This document shows, piece after piece, positions 50,526 to 63,249 of a stretch of DNA of 64,000 bases (within the stretch, counting starts at the first letter, position 1; every line of letters starts with the position of its first letter). A model generated the notes under the pieces. That model worked only from the letters and a program-made list of their open reading frames with translations, was not told the origin of the DNA and did not search any database. This stretch comes from Carcharhinus longimanus (Eukaryota). The stretch spans positions 38,643,420 through 38,707,419 of the forward strand of contig JASCQW010000112.1 of assembly GCA_030264375.1 (NCBI GenBank). The letters are read 5' to 3'. Both the position numbers and the translations under genes were made by a program.

Positions 50526-51643
50526 ACTTTCCCAACTTTCCTGCTTCCTAACCCATCTCCAAAGGGCTGGTAAAATTCCAGCCATGATGTGTGAATGGAA
50601 AACAAATAAAAATGATGAGTCCAAAATGCTGTGAGTTCTCAGCCCTGCACTTTAATACCTGTTTGCCATGGAGCCGTCACGGTGCAGCGTACTATTCCTT
50701 GATTAAATTAAGGTTCCAAAAAGTTGAACAGGTGGTTACTTGGAGATGTCAGGACACTCTCTGCACTGAAGACAAATGACCCCAACTAGAAGGCCCCAAA
50801 CTGCAGCAGGATGGACATAAAATCCAGCCCATGCAACCAGCCAAAATACTACCAAGCACACTACAGAGATGCTGCTGCAACAAATTTATTACTTGGATCT
50901 CTTCAAGCAGAGGTACTTGTTTACAGTGAGTCAAAATGTCTGAGTCATTTCTGCCTACTGCATAATTTTATCATCCAACTATGAGCAACGATGCAGCAAG
51001 ATAAGGGGGAGGTTCATGATGAGGGAGGACAAGGAGGTAAATGACATGGAGAGAGATGATGTGCGGGAAAGTAGGTTTGCATGAGATCTTACCACTCACC
51101 AACTTTGTTTTTCCAATAAAGTTGCAATATGTATGTTAGCATGGGTAGTTAAAATTTAGATTAACTATCTACTGTAATAACGAATTAACAAGGTCGAAGG
51201 CATTTTGACGTTAACACGTCTATAGAAGCCATTTTGTATTTTGCATTAGTTCCATAAATTAATCAAATTATTAAATGAAATTATTAATTTGTCATGAATC
51301 AGATTATTGTAGAAATATTGAGCCTTGGTTGAGTTATAATTAATGAATTGACAATCATATTAGACTGGATTTTCATTTAAAGCTAGTGAAGTTCAATTAT
51401 TGTAATTCTCTTTGTGTGAGAAAGTGCTGTTCCAGGCACACAGTTCGAGCAATGAAGCCTTTTGGGTCCTTTATAAAGGTCCCTGATAAAGGCTCATCAT
51501 GACCTTGTGGAGATTGGCCCAGTGAATCGGGAAATGGTTTGAAATCAGATTAAAAACAGTGTGAAACAACTCCGTTATATTCTTCTCTGGAGTATTAATG
51601 TGATTAAGAGCCAGTCAATGAAGCCAACAACAGCAAGAGCTGT

Positions 51644-51995
51644 GGGCGGCATGGCAGCACAGTGGTTAGCACTGCTGCTTCACAGTTCCAGGGACCTGAG
51701 TTTGATTGCTGGCTTGGGTCACTGTCTGTATGGAGTTTGCACATTCTCCTCGTGTCTACATGGGTTTCCTCTGGTGCTCTGGTTTCCTCCCACGGTCCAA
51801 AGATGTGCGGGTTAGGTTTGATTGGCCATGCTAAAGTTGCGCCTTAGTGTCCTGAGATGCGTAGGTTAGAGGGATTAGTGGGTAAAATATGTAGGGATAT
51901 GGGGATAAGGTCTGGGTGAGAGTGTGGTCGGTGCAGACTTGATGGGCTGAATGGCCTCTTTCTGTACTGTAGGGTTTCTATGATTTTATGATTCT
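51644..51995 (+). mobile_element. HE1-type V-SINE, full length
   Basis: Complete head, core and tail. Possible target-site duplication aagagc. Confidence 0.92.
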
Positions 51996-52219
51996 AAGAG
52001 CCAATTATTAAATGAGAAAAGGCCTGACTTTGATGTAGGGTGGCAGCCTCCTGGGGTTAAAAGCTGGGGTTCAGTGATGTTTCATGGCTAGCTGAGTACT
52101 GAAGACTCTCGAGCAAGAATTACGTGCACATCCCTGCATGTGGGAACATTTCTGAGACAGTGTCTTGAGAGGGTTATGCTTCAATGGATTATATGAAGCT
52201 GTAAAAGTCATTGTCCTGA

Positions 52220-52521
52220 GGGCAGCACAGTGGTTAGCACTGCTGCCACACAATGCCAGGGGTCCAGGTTGAGTTTTGGCCCCAGGTGACTGCCTGTGTG
52301 GAGTTTGCATGTTCTCCCCGTGTTAGCATGGGTTTCCTTTGGGTGCTCCAGTTTCCTCTCACAATCCAAAGATGTGCAGGTTAGGTGGATTGGCTGTGCT
52401 AAATTGTCCCTTAGCATCAGGGTAAATAAATATGTGGGATTACATGGATGGACCTGGTAGGGATTGTTGTTGGTGTGGTCTCAATGGGCCAAATGGCTGT
52501 AGGGACCCTATGGTTCTATGA
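52220..52521 (+). mobile_element. HE1-type V-SINE
   Basis: ggcagcacagtggttagcactgctgcc head, V core, tail. Confidence 0.88.
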
Positions 52522-53269
52522 ATTATTAAGTATATCTTTTATGCTTTAATAAACATTCTATAATTTAGCATCCAAAGGGTCCTGTTTTTGCCTTATTTGG
52601 TTCAGTCTTCTATGGACAAAAGTAAACTTATAAAGTCACTTGCGAATCTTTTGGCATATCTGGGTGGTTGAAATCAATAGTGCTACAATTAACAAAATCA
52701 GATAATAAATGCTGTAGATCCCAAGAAAACTTCCTTCACTCAATCACTTCTGTCCTTTCAACCTTCTCCCATCATCATCTCTGCCAAAAGCTGTCTATGG
52801 ATAAATAAAATGATCAAGATTGAGTACTATTTACTGCTAACATGTGAAAGGCCATCCATCTGTGCCTTACCTTGGTGATCCTTTATGACACACATGTCCT
52901 ACTTAGTGAGTTCAGGTGTGGAAATGTCTTCTGAACAGGGGGAGTAAATATGGTGGCAGTTTCCAATGTGTAATGCAGTCCTTTTGGGATGCTAATGAAC
53001 TTATCACTTTGAATTCCTAAAGTGAGATGTTTCTACAATGACTTAACCCATCCAGTGACTGGCCATGCCTTCCAGCTCTCTGGCATTGCTCACGTTTTTG
53101 AGACGTCCGACTAGAGTGTGAGGAAATTGGGCCATCTTGAGAGGAAGGAGTATTCTTCCATCCTTTTTTGTTCCACTACCTTGCCACAAGATGACCAGTG
53201 GTAAGGTGGAGCCAGAACTCCAAGCTTGGCCTTACTAATCCATTGAAGTGTAGAGGTTGTTAGGAATAC

Positions 53270-54680
53270 CTAATTTTGTGATTCATATATTTTTGGGAGT
53301 ATAACTTTTTGTTTTGGAGTTGAAATTGTTAAATGGAAGATAAATTAGGTGGTAACCAAACCTCAAATAACTGCATATCAAAGGGTAGCCTTTGTTTGTT
53401 TAATATGTTCAAAGTGGGAAAACCTTAAAACAATGGGTGGACTCTGGGTTTCTTGGTGGAGACAGGATGTCTACACTTGTCTCAATAAGAGGTTTAAACT
53501 GTTCGTATAGTTTCCCAGAACAAAGGGAAGATTTAGATAATTAGTTTAAATTTTTATCAGGGGCATCACAGGTGTGCAGCATTGCCGTGGGGATATATTG
53601 CCGGGAGGTTTTTGTTTGTTTTGGGTTTTTCACTGTATGATTATTCACAGAAGCAGACAGACAGCCTGGGAGCATCTTTGAGACAGGCAGCTGAAGACCG
53701 GGTCAGGAGCTGTGAAACAGCTGGAACCAGTACCAGAGAGCTATCAGAAATCAGTAGTGTTTCTGATTAGAAGTCACTGAACAAGAATGCAATGAGGCCC
53801 AAATTCCAGGGAATCCACAACTGTGAGGAGTTGGAGGGTTCATCTCCCTGGACCCCAGTGGAAGGACCCCAAGAAATCTTACATCTCAGAGAATAGTGGG
53901 AATACTGAGAAGAATCAAAGTCAATTTCTGGAAGCTATGTCATCTGTTGGTTTGGTCCCAGGTGACATGAAGGAACCCTCAAGATCCTCTAAAAGTATTG
54001 GGGAACACTTGGATGGAAGTAAGAATAGAATGGGAAGTGTCCTGTTGAGACTTTGAGATTTCAAGTACAAGTTTTTACAAAATCTAGTGTTAGGTTAGTT
54101 GAACTTGCTTTTCTATCTGTTTATCATGTGGTATAGTTCTGTATTAATAACTGAGAATTCAAATGTTCTTTTAACAAGTTACCAATCATTACCAAGACCA
54201 TAACAAGGTTTATGGAACAGAAGGAAGCTATCCAATATATTGTGGTTATACTGGCTCTTCATGAGAGCTTGCCAGAACTTATTCCACTGTCCTGCACTTT
54301 CCCTGCAGCCCCTATACCTTTCTCTGATTCTAATGGTTATCCACTGCTCTCTTAGAGGGGCAGTAGTCTCTAATTAGTCCCTGTGGTAAAACAATCCATG
54401 ATCTTAACTTGCTGTATAAAGGTAGTTCTCTTTAATCCTGTATTTATGAAGCAGTTTTAATTGATGACCACTCATCACAGATTCCCCAAACATTTTTCAA
54501 AACTCGTCATAATTTTAAAAACTTCTTTATACATTGGCCAAACTTTTGTATTTGTTCACATGCATTCTTGCTTTTCAATAGAGAAAGGTCATGTTGCAAT
54601 AAAAGGAAGTCTGTCGTCTGTGCTCTCATCTTTTACACTGTGATTTTAATAGATTTGGCTTATTTGTTAAATCTGGTTTG
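53270..54680 (+). mobile_element. Possible decayed long LTR with an antisense CR1 fragment (~54195-54520)
   Basis: LTR-like composition with AATAAA at ~54598 and a CR1 tail remnant. Boundaries unclear. Confidence 0.3.
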
Positions 54681-55524
54681 ACACTTAGGGCTAGTGGCGG
54701 TGGGGAGTGGGGTGGAAATACACTGTTTCCTGCCAATGCAGTGCAAGATGGCTACCAATACTCATCTATCCATGTGCCCTGGTCTGCGGATGTGCAGATA
54801 TCCGGTAACATGCACATATCAGTTTACCCAGCACAACGTTTTCTGCATGGGATATTGCAGCATGTTCTTAGCTTGTGTGTTCCATGGATCCCACCCATCA
54901 CTTGTTCAACAGGTTGCTTGAAATATCTAGCTCACAAGCATTTTATTGACATGTGGGAGAAAGTGTTAGTTTCTTACGAGGAGTGGCAGGGACAATCCAG
55001 AATCATTACTGAACACGGATGCCTCAGCTCACTTCTGTTGCTTTGCAATTTATAAGCATGGTGAACATATGTTGCTAAATATTCAATGATCCAAAAACTT
55101 CAGTCAAGACAGGAAAGAAAACTTGCAGTAGTGTTCTGAGCTCACTAATTCTAGCAGTTTAATGAAAGGGGACCATTCTGCCTCAAAACACCTGCATATT
55201 CTGTCAAATTCTTAAACCTCTTCAACTTAAGAAGGGATAATGAATTAATTACATTGTGAAACTAAATATGATTTTGCAAAGTACTGACAGCCACTTTATT
55301 TTGATGCATAGTATGTAGTTCTTGAAAGTAAATAAGCTGGGTTCATGTTGCACATTGCCCCAAAAAGATGGTTGCCATTAATATAACTGTACATACACAG
55401 CTTTGGTGCCGAACAAAAAAAAAATCATCTTTTCATTCTTGGTTTTGACAGTCAAAAAAATACCTAACCACCTCCTCCCTTAATTGATTGACAGGCACTC
55501 CATTTTGAAATTGAAATGAACAAC

Positions 55525-55781
55525 TTCTGTTTGGAAGGAATAATGCAGAGAGGAGCTATGTGATAAAAGGTAGACAGATTAGGAGTATAGACATACAGAG
55601 GGACCTNNNNNNNNNNNNNNNNNNNNNNNNNNNNNNNNNNNNNNNNNNNNNNNNNNNNNNNNNNNNNNNNNNNNNNNNNNNNNNNNNNNNNNNNNNNNNN
55701 NNNNNNGTGATGCAGCGGCGCGGGCTCGTTGGGCCGAAGGGCCTGTTTCCCGTGCTGGGTTGTTCTTTGTTCTTTGTTCTT
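55525..55781 (+). mobile_element. Young CR1 fragment spanning a gap
   Basis: QRDL motif before the gap, CpG-retaining 3' end and (gttcttt)3 tail after it. Confidence 0.8.
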
Positions 55782-58700
55782 TACTTCCCAGACAGCAGCC
55801 TATTCTTTGGACGGTTATAGTTATCATCAATACTTTTAGAGTTTTTGAGTTTTAGATGCTAATGTGTTACAGCACAGTAGATATTCCATTCATCTGAGAA
55901 TGACAGTATCAAGAATGTATAATAGCAGATCGTCCCTTTGATCTGGTTTGTTCTGTTGACGCAATCTAATATCATTACAAATAATAAAATTTTTAAAAAT
56001 CACTTGGCAGGATGCATTTTTTTTAGTAGCAATGAAAGGAAGGCTTTACTAGAAGGTGAGAGATGTTTTTCCCCAGGAATGTAAACTATTCTCTATTGAT
56101 ATTGCATGAAAACTGAAGACTCTACACAGTAGATGGGTAAGTGACTATATAGGATACATTGGGGCACAGAGGTGACATAGTTGATCTGAGGGGTGCAGAG
56201 GATACATTTGGGCATAGGGATGACATGGGCAATCTGAAGGGTCCTGGGCTGTACTGGTGGATAGAGGGTGAGAGAGGTGACGAATGAGATTTATGGTGTT
56301 TTTAATACTGTTGGAAATTGAGATGCTGTATTGGAGAACAAACGTGGTCCCGCCTCTACATGCACACTTCTTACATATTCCAGCACAGCTTGCAAACCAC
56401 TCTCAAACCCAAAATCAGTGTGAAACGATGTAAAGTCACACACGCGCACGAGTATGCAGCTTGTGAGCTGTGAAAGTCCATAGGTTGGGATTTCCTGAGC
56501 CCAGTAATCTTATTAAATGAATGTTGAAGGGGAAGCTACATCTGGGATCTTGGGGGAAAAGAATTGTGGTGAAAAGAGAATGAAAATCCTAGGAAGGAGA
56601 ATGAACATTGCAATGGTTTTTGAAGTGGAAGAATTTATTTCCTTTATTGCTTTTTTAAATTTAAAATCTGAGTTGTTAAGTAATAAATCTATTCACCATT
56701 TTTAAAGTAAAATGTTTCCCACAATGCATAAAGTGAATTGGAGTGAGGTAGCATTGGGAATTGGGCATGTCCAATCTCACAAGAATCTTTGCAATATTGT
56801 TTGGAGGCTAGGAATTCAAAACTTTTCACCAACTCCGCAGAATTGACCCTTGTGTTTTGATTCTGCGGAATTTTTTTTGGGATCAATCTTCCTTTAATAA
56901 TTCTAAAAAAAATCTATAGCAAGATGATGGGACTAGTGGGATGAATCGGCCTAAAAATTCAAGTCGTAACCCTTAACATGCTAGCTCTTAACTTACCTCA
57001 CGTCCTGCTTGCTGTTTTCCATCTGCCTTCTCGACCCTCCCACCCAAGACAGGCAGGGCAACTGGGTAGGCAGGTGAAGGGTCAGTGGGCAGAGGGTCAA
57101 CAAGCCCACTACAGCAAAGACAAGGGCTGACCTTGATTTGGGCTCCAGGAACTGACTTGGGTGAATTTCATTTGGTAATTCCATTTGATTAATCATGTCA
57201 TGCTTGGCTGTCGGTTGTTAATTTCTTTTTGTGAGGGAGTTTACCAGTTCTTTTCTCAGGAGCTGGAGTGGCAGCAAATCTCACTTAATCAGCAGGCATG
57301 CAGCAAGGGAGGCACCACATGATCTGTTCTTAGTCCTCCCTGACAAGAGGCTTTCATATTAAAGGTTAATGGGGAGTTCAGGTCATCATTGGGACAATAA
57401 GAAGTGGGATAATGAGAAATGGTGTCTTAAGTATTAACCTCTGCAGAATGAAGTGTTGGAGGAAGTTTAGGGTGTGGAGGAGTAAATAACAGTAGTCAGG
57501 TGCTTTTATCTCCTGCTGATTACCACCTCTGCTGATGATTCAGTACTCCATATTAAACATCAGTTGGAGGAAACACTGGCAAGTGAGGGCTTTTAATGCC
57601 CATTGCCAAGACTGGTTTGGTAGCACCACTACAGACCAAGCTGTAATAGATTATCTATCACAGTAAAAGTCTTAGAGCTCGCAATCTTGTTGTTTTGATT
57701 CTTCAGCTCAGCCACTAGAAATCTGATTATCTTAAAAGTTTTTGGTCTCTACAGGGGTCGTAATAACAGACATGGACTGCTTCAGTATCTAAGGAGTATC
57801 TGCAATTGGCACTGAACACTGTGCAGCCATAAATGTGAAAGTTCCAATTTCTGGCTGGCTAGGAGCTTCATTTTAGCGAGATGGCCTTTTAATAACATGT
57901 TAATGTATGCAAAAGAATTCTGACGTTAGTTGTTGGGAAACTTGACCAGCCCAAGAACAGAATTCCTCCAGTTCGTTGAGAAGCTGGTTTGTGGCCCAAC
58001 AACAAATTAATTACCTTGTCTCTCACCATTGGCTACACCAGAAGATCCTGCCCAGCAACCCCTCCAATAATTAAACAATCGAGAAACATTTTATTCAGAA
58101 CTACGATGTGAATTTTTTTTAACCACTGGATGAATATTAAATCTATTTGCCATGTATAAAGTACTAATCTCCAGATGTCTGACTTTGTTACAGATACAAA
58201 AAAAAGACAAGCCTTTCATTAATTTTGGAAGCTGAACTGTACTAATGGCCTGACCGGTTGAAATGGAATTTCATCATCTGGATTCTCATACGGGCTGGAC
58301 AAACAGTGGTTTAAACTGGAACAGCTCCAGTTAGTAGCCGACCATCACAATGCGGCCCTGGACTCCAGATTGCCACAGCACACGAGTTATATTAATCTTC
58401 CTTATTTTCCTTCCTTTTTTCAGATCCAGCTGTTACCATTTACTATTAGTCTGACCTGGCTCTCTAACCTCTGTCTCTGCTGCAGTTTAACACAGAGAGA
58501 AAGATCAGGCTGACGCATACATTGATCCTCACCGGGCACTGAAGAAGCTTTTTTTTAAAAGCTTGGTTTTTTTCCCGATGGCAGCCAGACTAAAGCAGAA
58601 ACTTTGTGGGGGTAGTTTTGACTTTGGGTGATATCGAGTTAGCTGTCTGTTATACACCTCCCCTAATTTTAATTTCCATTTACCTCCATTATCGCAATCT

Positions 58701-59394
58701 GTCTGAGATTGGGGAAAATGTATTACTCCTAATGATAAGAATTTTGCAGGAACGCATCGATAGCATTTCCCATGCGCTTCTCCTGCAGCGCAGTCAATTG
58801 TTGCCACTGCCTTGTTCTGAACACTGAAACAGCCACATTTATTCACGCCAATATCTACTAAAATAAGCAGACACATGTGATCTGAACTCATTCATTAGAA
58901 GGAAGGAACCTCCCAAATCGGACCTTACATTTAGATTTATTCAGCCAGTTTTGTCCCTTTATTGCTGCGTGGTTGAAAATGAGTTTGATTTTGTTGGTGG
59001 AAGCAGGTTGTTAGCGCAGTAACTTAACAATAGGTCAAAAGCGATCTGTTGGAAACCGAGTTTAAAAACAAACGAGAGGAAACAATAATTGATTAGATAT
59101 TATATTGCAAATTGGAAATGAAAGATACGCAATAAGTCTGAAAGGATTCTGCTCAGACCTGAACTAAAAGGTACTAGGAATAGAATATTTACCAACATAA
59201 GTTTTGAAGACTAGTGGAAATTGAAACATAACTCAGGATGGTCTACACAAGATCATTTATCAAATCTCTATGTGACCCAAGGTGAGTTTGCCATGTAGTT
59301 GATTTTAAGATAGTCTTATCTAGCTTTTAATGGCTGCCATTCTTTATTTACTTCACCTTTTCCTGACCTACAATTTTCAGGCTTTTCACACAAA

Positions 59395-59610
59395 TGCAGG
59401 ATTTAGGAGCAGGAGAAGGCCATTTGGCCCCTCAAGCCTGCTGCACCATTCTATAAGATACAGTTAATTGTGACCACATCGCCACTTTACTGTCTGATCC
59501 CCACAACCCCTGTCAATCAAATATCTAACACTGCCTTGAAATCACTCAATGACCCCTGGGGAAGAGAATTCCACAGACTAATAACCCTCGGGAAAAAACT
59601 GCCTTTCATT
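59395..59610 (-). mobile_element. CR1 3' end
   Basis: ggagcaggagaaggccatttggcccctcaagcctgc tail signature. Confidence 0.75.
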
Positions 59611-59654
59611 TTCCTTCTTCCTCAATTTTTTTGCTGATTTCTGTTTGAGCCTTT

Positions 59655-59846
59655 TGGTTGCAGTTCAGTAAAAGAGACACAAGATCAACTTCTTCATAAA
59701 CTAGCTTTATTTCTTTGATCCAACTTCACACACAATTCTGCTTCAACAAACTACTGCCTGTGGCCCCTTTATGTATCAGTGCTGTCTATTGAATAATTGA
59801 CATCAAATTAGGACTTATTGGAAGGTTTGTTAACCCATTCCTTACA
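59655..59846 (-). mobile_element. Probable solo LTR
   Basis: Minus strand TGTAAGG...cataaagggg...AATAAA...CA, ~190 bp. Confidence 0.45.
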
Positions 59847-59904
59847 ATTTATATATCAGGACACCCTCAATCCCATTGAGTCCTGCAATCTCTCTGCATT
59901 TGAA

Positions 59905-60300
59905 TGGTAAATTGAGCACTGCTGTCTCACAATGCCAGGGACACAGGTTTGATTCCCGGCTTCAGNNNNNNNNNNNNNNNNNNNNNNNNNNNNNNNNNNN
60001 NNNNNNNNNNNNNNNNNNNNNNNNNNNNNNNNNNNNNNNNNNNNNNNNNNNNNNNNNNNNNNNNNTTCAGTCACTGTCTTTGCGGAGTCTATGCATTCTC
60101 CCCATGATTCCGTGGGTTTCTTCCAGTGCTCCGGTTTCCTTCCACAGTCTGAAAGACTTGCTGGTTAGGGAGCATTGGCCATGCTAAATTCTCCCTCTGT
60201 ACCTGAACAGGTGCTGGAGTGTGGCAACTAGGGATTTTCACTATCACTTCATTGCAGAGTTACTGTAAGCCTACTTGTGATGCTATAAATAAACTCTAAA
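59905..60300 (+). mobile_element. V-SINE with an alternative 3' tail
   Basis: Same head and core as HE1, but tail cttcattgcagagttactgtaagcctacttgtga..aataaac. The same tail occurs at 43190-43240. Confidence 0.8.
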
Positions 60301-60419
60301 CACTGCTTTTCTATTCTTCCTGCCAAATTGGACATTTTCTGCATTATACTCCATCTGCCATTTCATTTTTTTAAAAATTCCAACTAATATCTGCAATAGT
60401 CAAGGGACCAGTTTTAGCC

Positions 60420-60900
60420 GTAAAAGCAGAATAAAGTTGGAAATACTCCACATGGTGGATAGCTTCTGTGGAGAGAGAAACCAAGTTAACGTTTCAGGTC
60501 AATTACTTTTCATCAGAACTGGGAAAAGTTGGAAATATAGTAAGTGTGGAGCAAGTGAAAATGGAGGTTGGAGGAAAAAGAAATAAAGGGAAGTTCTGGG
60601 ATAGAGCGAAAGGCAGGAGAGGTTAAATGAAAAAGAGTTAGTGGTGCAAGGCAGGAGGAAGTGATAAAGAAAGATGTGTCTCAAGGTGTGAAATAAAGCT
60701 GTGTCCAAAAGCAAAAACCAAGAGAAAAAATAGGGGCAAAGGTTACAGTCTGAAATTGCTCAATTCGTTATTGAGTCGGGAAGGCTGTAAGGTACCTAAT
60801 CGATAGATGAAATGAGATTCCTCGAGTTGTCCTGAGCTTCGTTGGAACATTGCAAGAAGCTATAAACCCAGAGGTCAGCATGAGGTCAAGCTGGAGAATT
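60420..60900 (-). mobile_element. Penelope-like retroelement 3' fragment
   Basis: ggaaatactc..gcttctgtggagagagaaac..gttaacgtttcaggtc terminus and GIY-YIG-end-like sequence. Confidence 0.6.
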
Positions 60901-61700
60901 AAAATTAAATTAAAACCCACTCATGGTTCTGGGGAGGATGGAAATGGATGAGGGCAGAAAATGGACTGGACACAGTTGAGAGGGCACCCCCTTCCCCCAA
61001 TTGCCTCCCGCCCCCTCCCAATTGATCATGGTCCAGACATTTCCCCCCCCCTCCCCCGACCAACAATTGTCAATCGCAGGCTTTTAGACCATCCAGGTGG
61101 GAGATGAAGGTGTGGAGAAATTGGACATCCCTGAAGCAGAAAAGAAAGATGGAAAAAGAAATTGAAAGAAAATGTTGAGATAAGATAGAAAAGGCAGGTT
61201 TAAAGTTCTCTGAAAAACAATCCTTAGTTACCTAGGCTCAGCCTGCCAGACGCTGGGACCATGAAGCAGTCTGTGTCAGGAAAGGTACAGATTGAACAGC
61301 AAAGCTTGAAAAACACACCACAATCCAGATATTTTAAGAAGAATTGAAGAAATCATCTGAGTGAGAAATGTGCTATTATTTGTTTCATTGGTAACATAGT
61401 CCTATTAGTGACCTTATCTAACCATTTCTGAATGCTCGCTAAAACAGGACAATGTAAGTCATGGACATAATGCATGGCAGCACTATTGCTCCAAGGCATC
61501 ATTGAAATGGAGCAAGCCAGACAATGTCAGTTTATCATCTCCCTGGAAATATATGCATTTTACGGCTGATTGCTTGTAGAAGCTCTGTCCACCAGCAACA
61601 CACATCAGCAAACCATTGGCAGCATACCCATCCTTTCCTTCAATGTGTGGTCAAAACTCCCTGTCAGTAGAATTAATTTATAAAAGTTAACTCCAAAGTT

Positions 61701-62084
61701 TGATTTGATTTGTTACTGTCACATGTATCAGTATAAAATAGAAAGTATTGTTTCTTGAGTGCTGTGTAGACAGAGCATACCATTCATAGAGAAGGAAATG
61801 AGAGCGTGCAGAATGTAATGTTACAGTCATAGCTAGGGTGTAGAGAAAGATCAACTTAATGTGAGGTAGGTCCATCCCAAAGTCTGACAGCAGCAGGGGA
61901 GAAGATATTTTTGAGTCAGTTGACACGTGACCTCAGACTTTTGGACATTTTTCCTGACGGAAAAAGATGGAAGATAGAATGTCCGGGGTGCATGGGGTCC
62001 TTAATTATACTGGCTGCTTTGCCGAGGCAGCGGGAAGTGTAGGTGAAGTCAATGGATGGGAGGCTGGTTTGCGTGATGGATTGA
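61701..62084 (-). mobile_element. Rex1/Babar-like LINE 3' end
   Basis: (gattt)n tail, RT C-terminal remnant, flanking 7-bp repeat caaagtt (61694-61700 / 62085-62091). Confidence 0.7.
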
Positions 62085-63056
62085 CAAAGTTGACAACATT
62101 CACCTAATTGGGGGAAACTAATAACATTTATTAGAAGACAGATTTACTCAACAGAGACTGAGATAGATATCCTCCATGTGACATGTTAAGCATGTTCTAA
62201 AACGTCTTTACAATGTTACTGATAGTGGCAATCATTAGAAAATCTTCCAAAACCCATCCCCAATGTTGTTAAACATGGCAGTTGGTCAATTCCTTCTTTT
62301 TCTCATTGACTTGATATTCATGATCAATAATTGGGAGAGATTATTGATCCACAGGGAGTTTTGTGTTAGTTTGTGTAACTACTTTTTCATCTGTTTCAGC
62401 TTTCAGAACATCATGCATTGGAGGTAAATCCTCAGGATCTGATGCACTGGCAGAATTAACAAAACACTTTAAAATATTTTGAATGTGAGGAAATCGTTCA
62501 AGCTATTGGAATTACTGAAATCGCTCGGTTCTTTCCTTGATGTCAATTTCACCCATCATTTTTATTATCCATTTAAGATAAGTGGAACCTGTTTTATACT
62601 CTGTACACAAAATAGACTCATTCAACAAAATTAATATATTATCTGAAAGATCAATGTGGAGCTGTATTCAATGGTTTTGGCAGGTAGAGTGGATGCATGG
62701 TGAAGCAGTAATAAAACTTCGCTATTCAGGTTTGCCCACATTTTCTTCAATGTAAGAACTTGTAAGTACTGCTCCTGAATTTATTTACAAATAGAATAGG
62801 TTGTATTCTCCTCCAGGTCACCACCTGAAATCAGGTCAATAGCAGTAGAAAAAAGGGACAAATTGCCTAGTATTCCCTGTAGTTGAAACGGTTTCTGCCA
62901 AATAACCTCAGAAGTTACAGGACTATGGCAAGTCACAATTCATGTGAGGCAGCAGAACACAAAGTCATTTCTCCAAGCACGCCGCTTTTCTTTAAAAGGA
63001 AAGAAAGCGCATTGTATGTGCTATCATTTGCAGTTACATGTCCCTCACACACACAC

Positions 63057-63161
63057 GGGGGGATTTTTCCCGTCCCGCCTGCCACGGGAATCGTAGCAGG
63101 CGGGGGTGGACCATGAGCTTGGTGGGATTTTCCGGTCATGGGTGGTTGGAAAATCCCGCCC
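63057..63161. mobile_element. Short palindromic GC-rich MITE
   Basis: Terminal inverted repeats gggggatttttcc / ggaaaatcccgccc, internal hairpin cccgcctgc..gcaggcggg. Confidence 0.7.
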
Positions 63162-63249
63162 ACAGTGTATAAAGAAAGTCATCATGCATGAATGGAAAAC
63201 TGCTCATTCCAGTCTGTCTCACTTTTATCTGTCTCTAAACATGCATATG

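Noticed and set aside
51644-51720. tRNA-like sequences at SINE 5' ends
   Set aside because: These are tRNA-derived SINE heads followed by the V core and tail, not tRNA genes.
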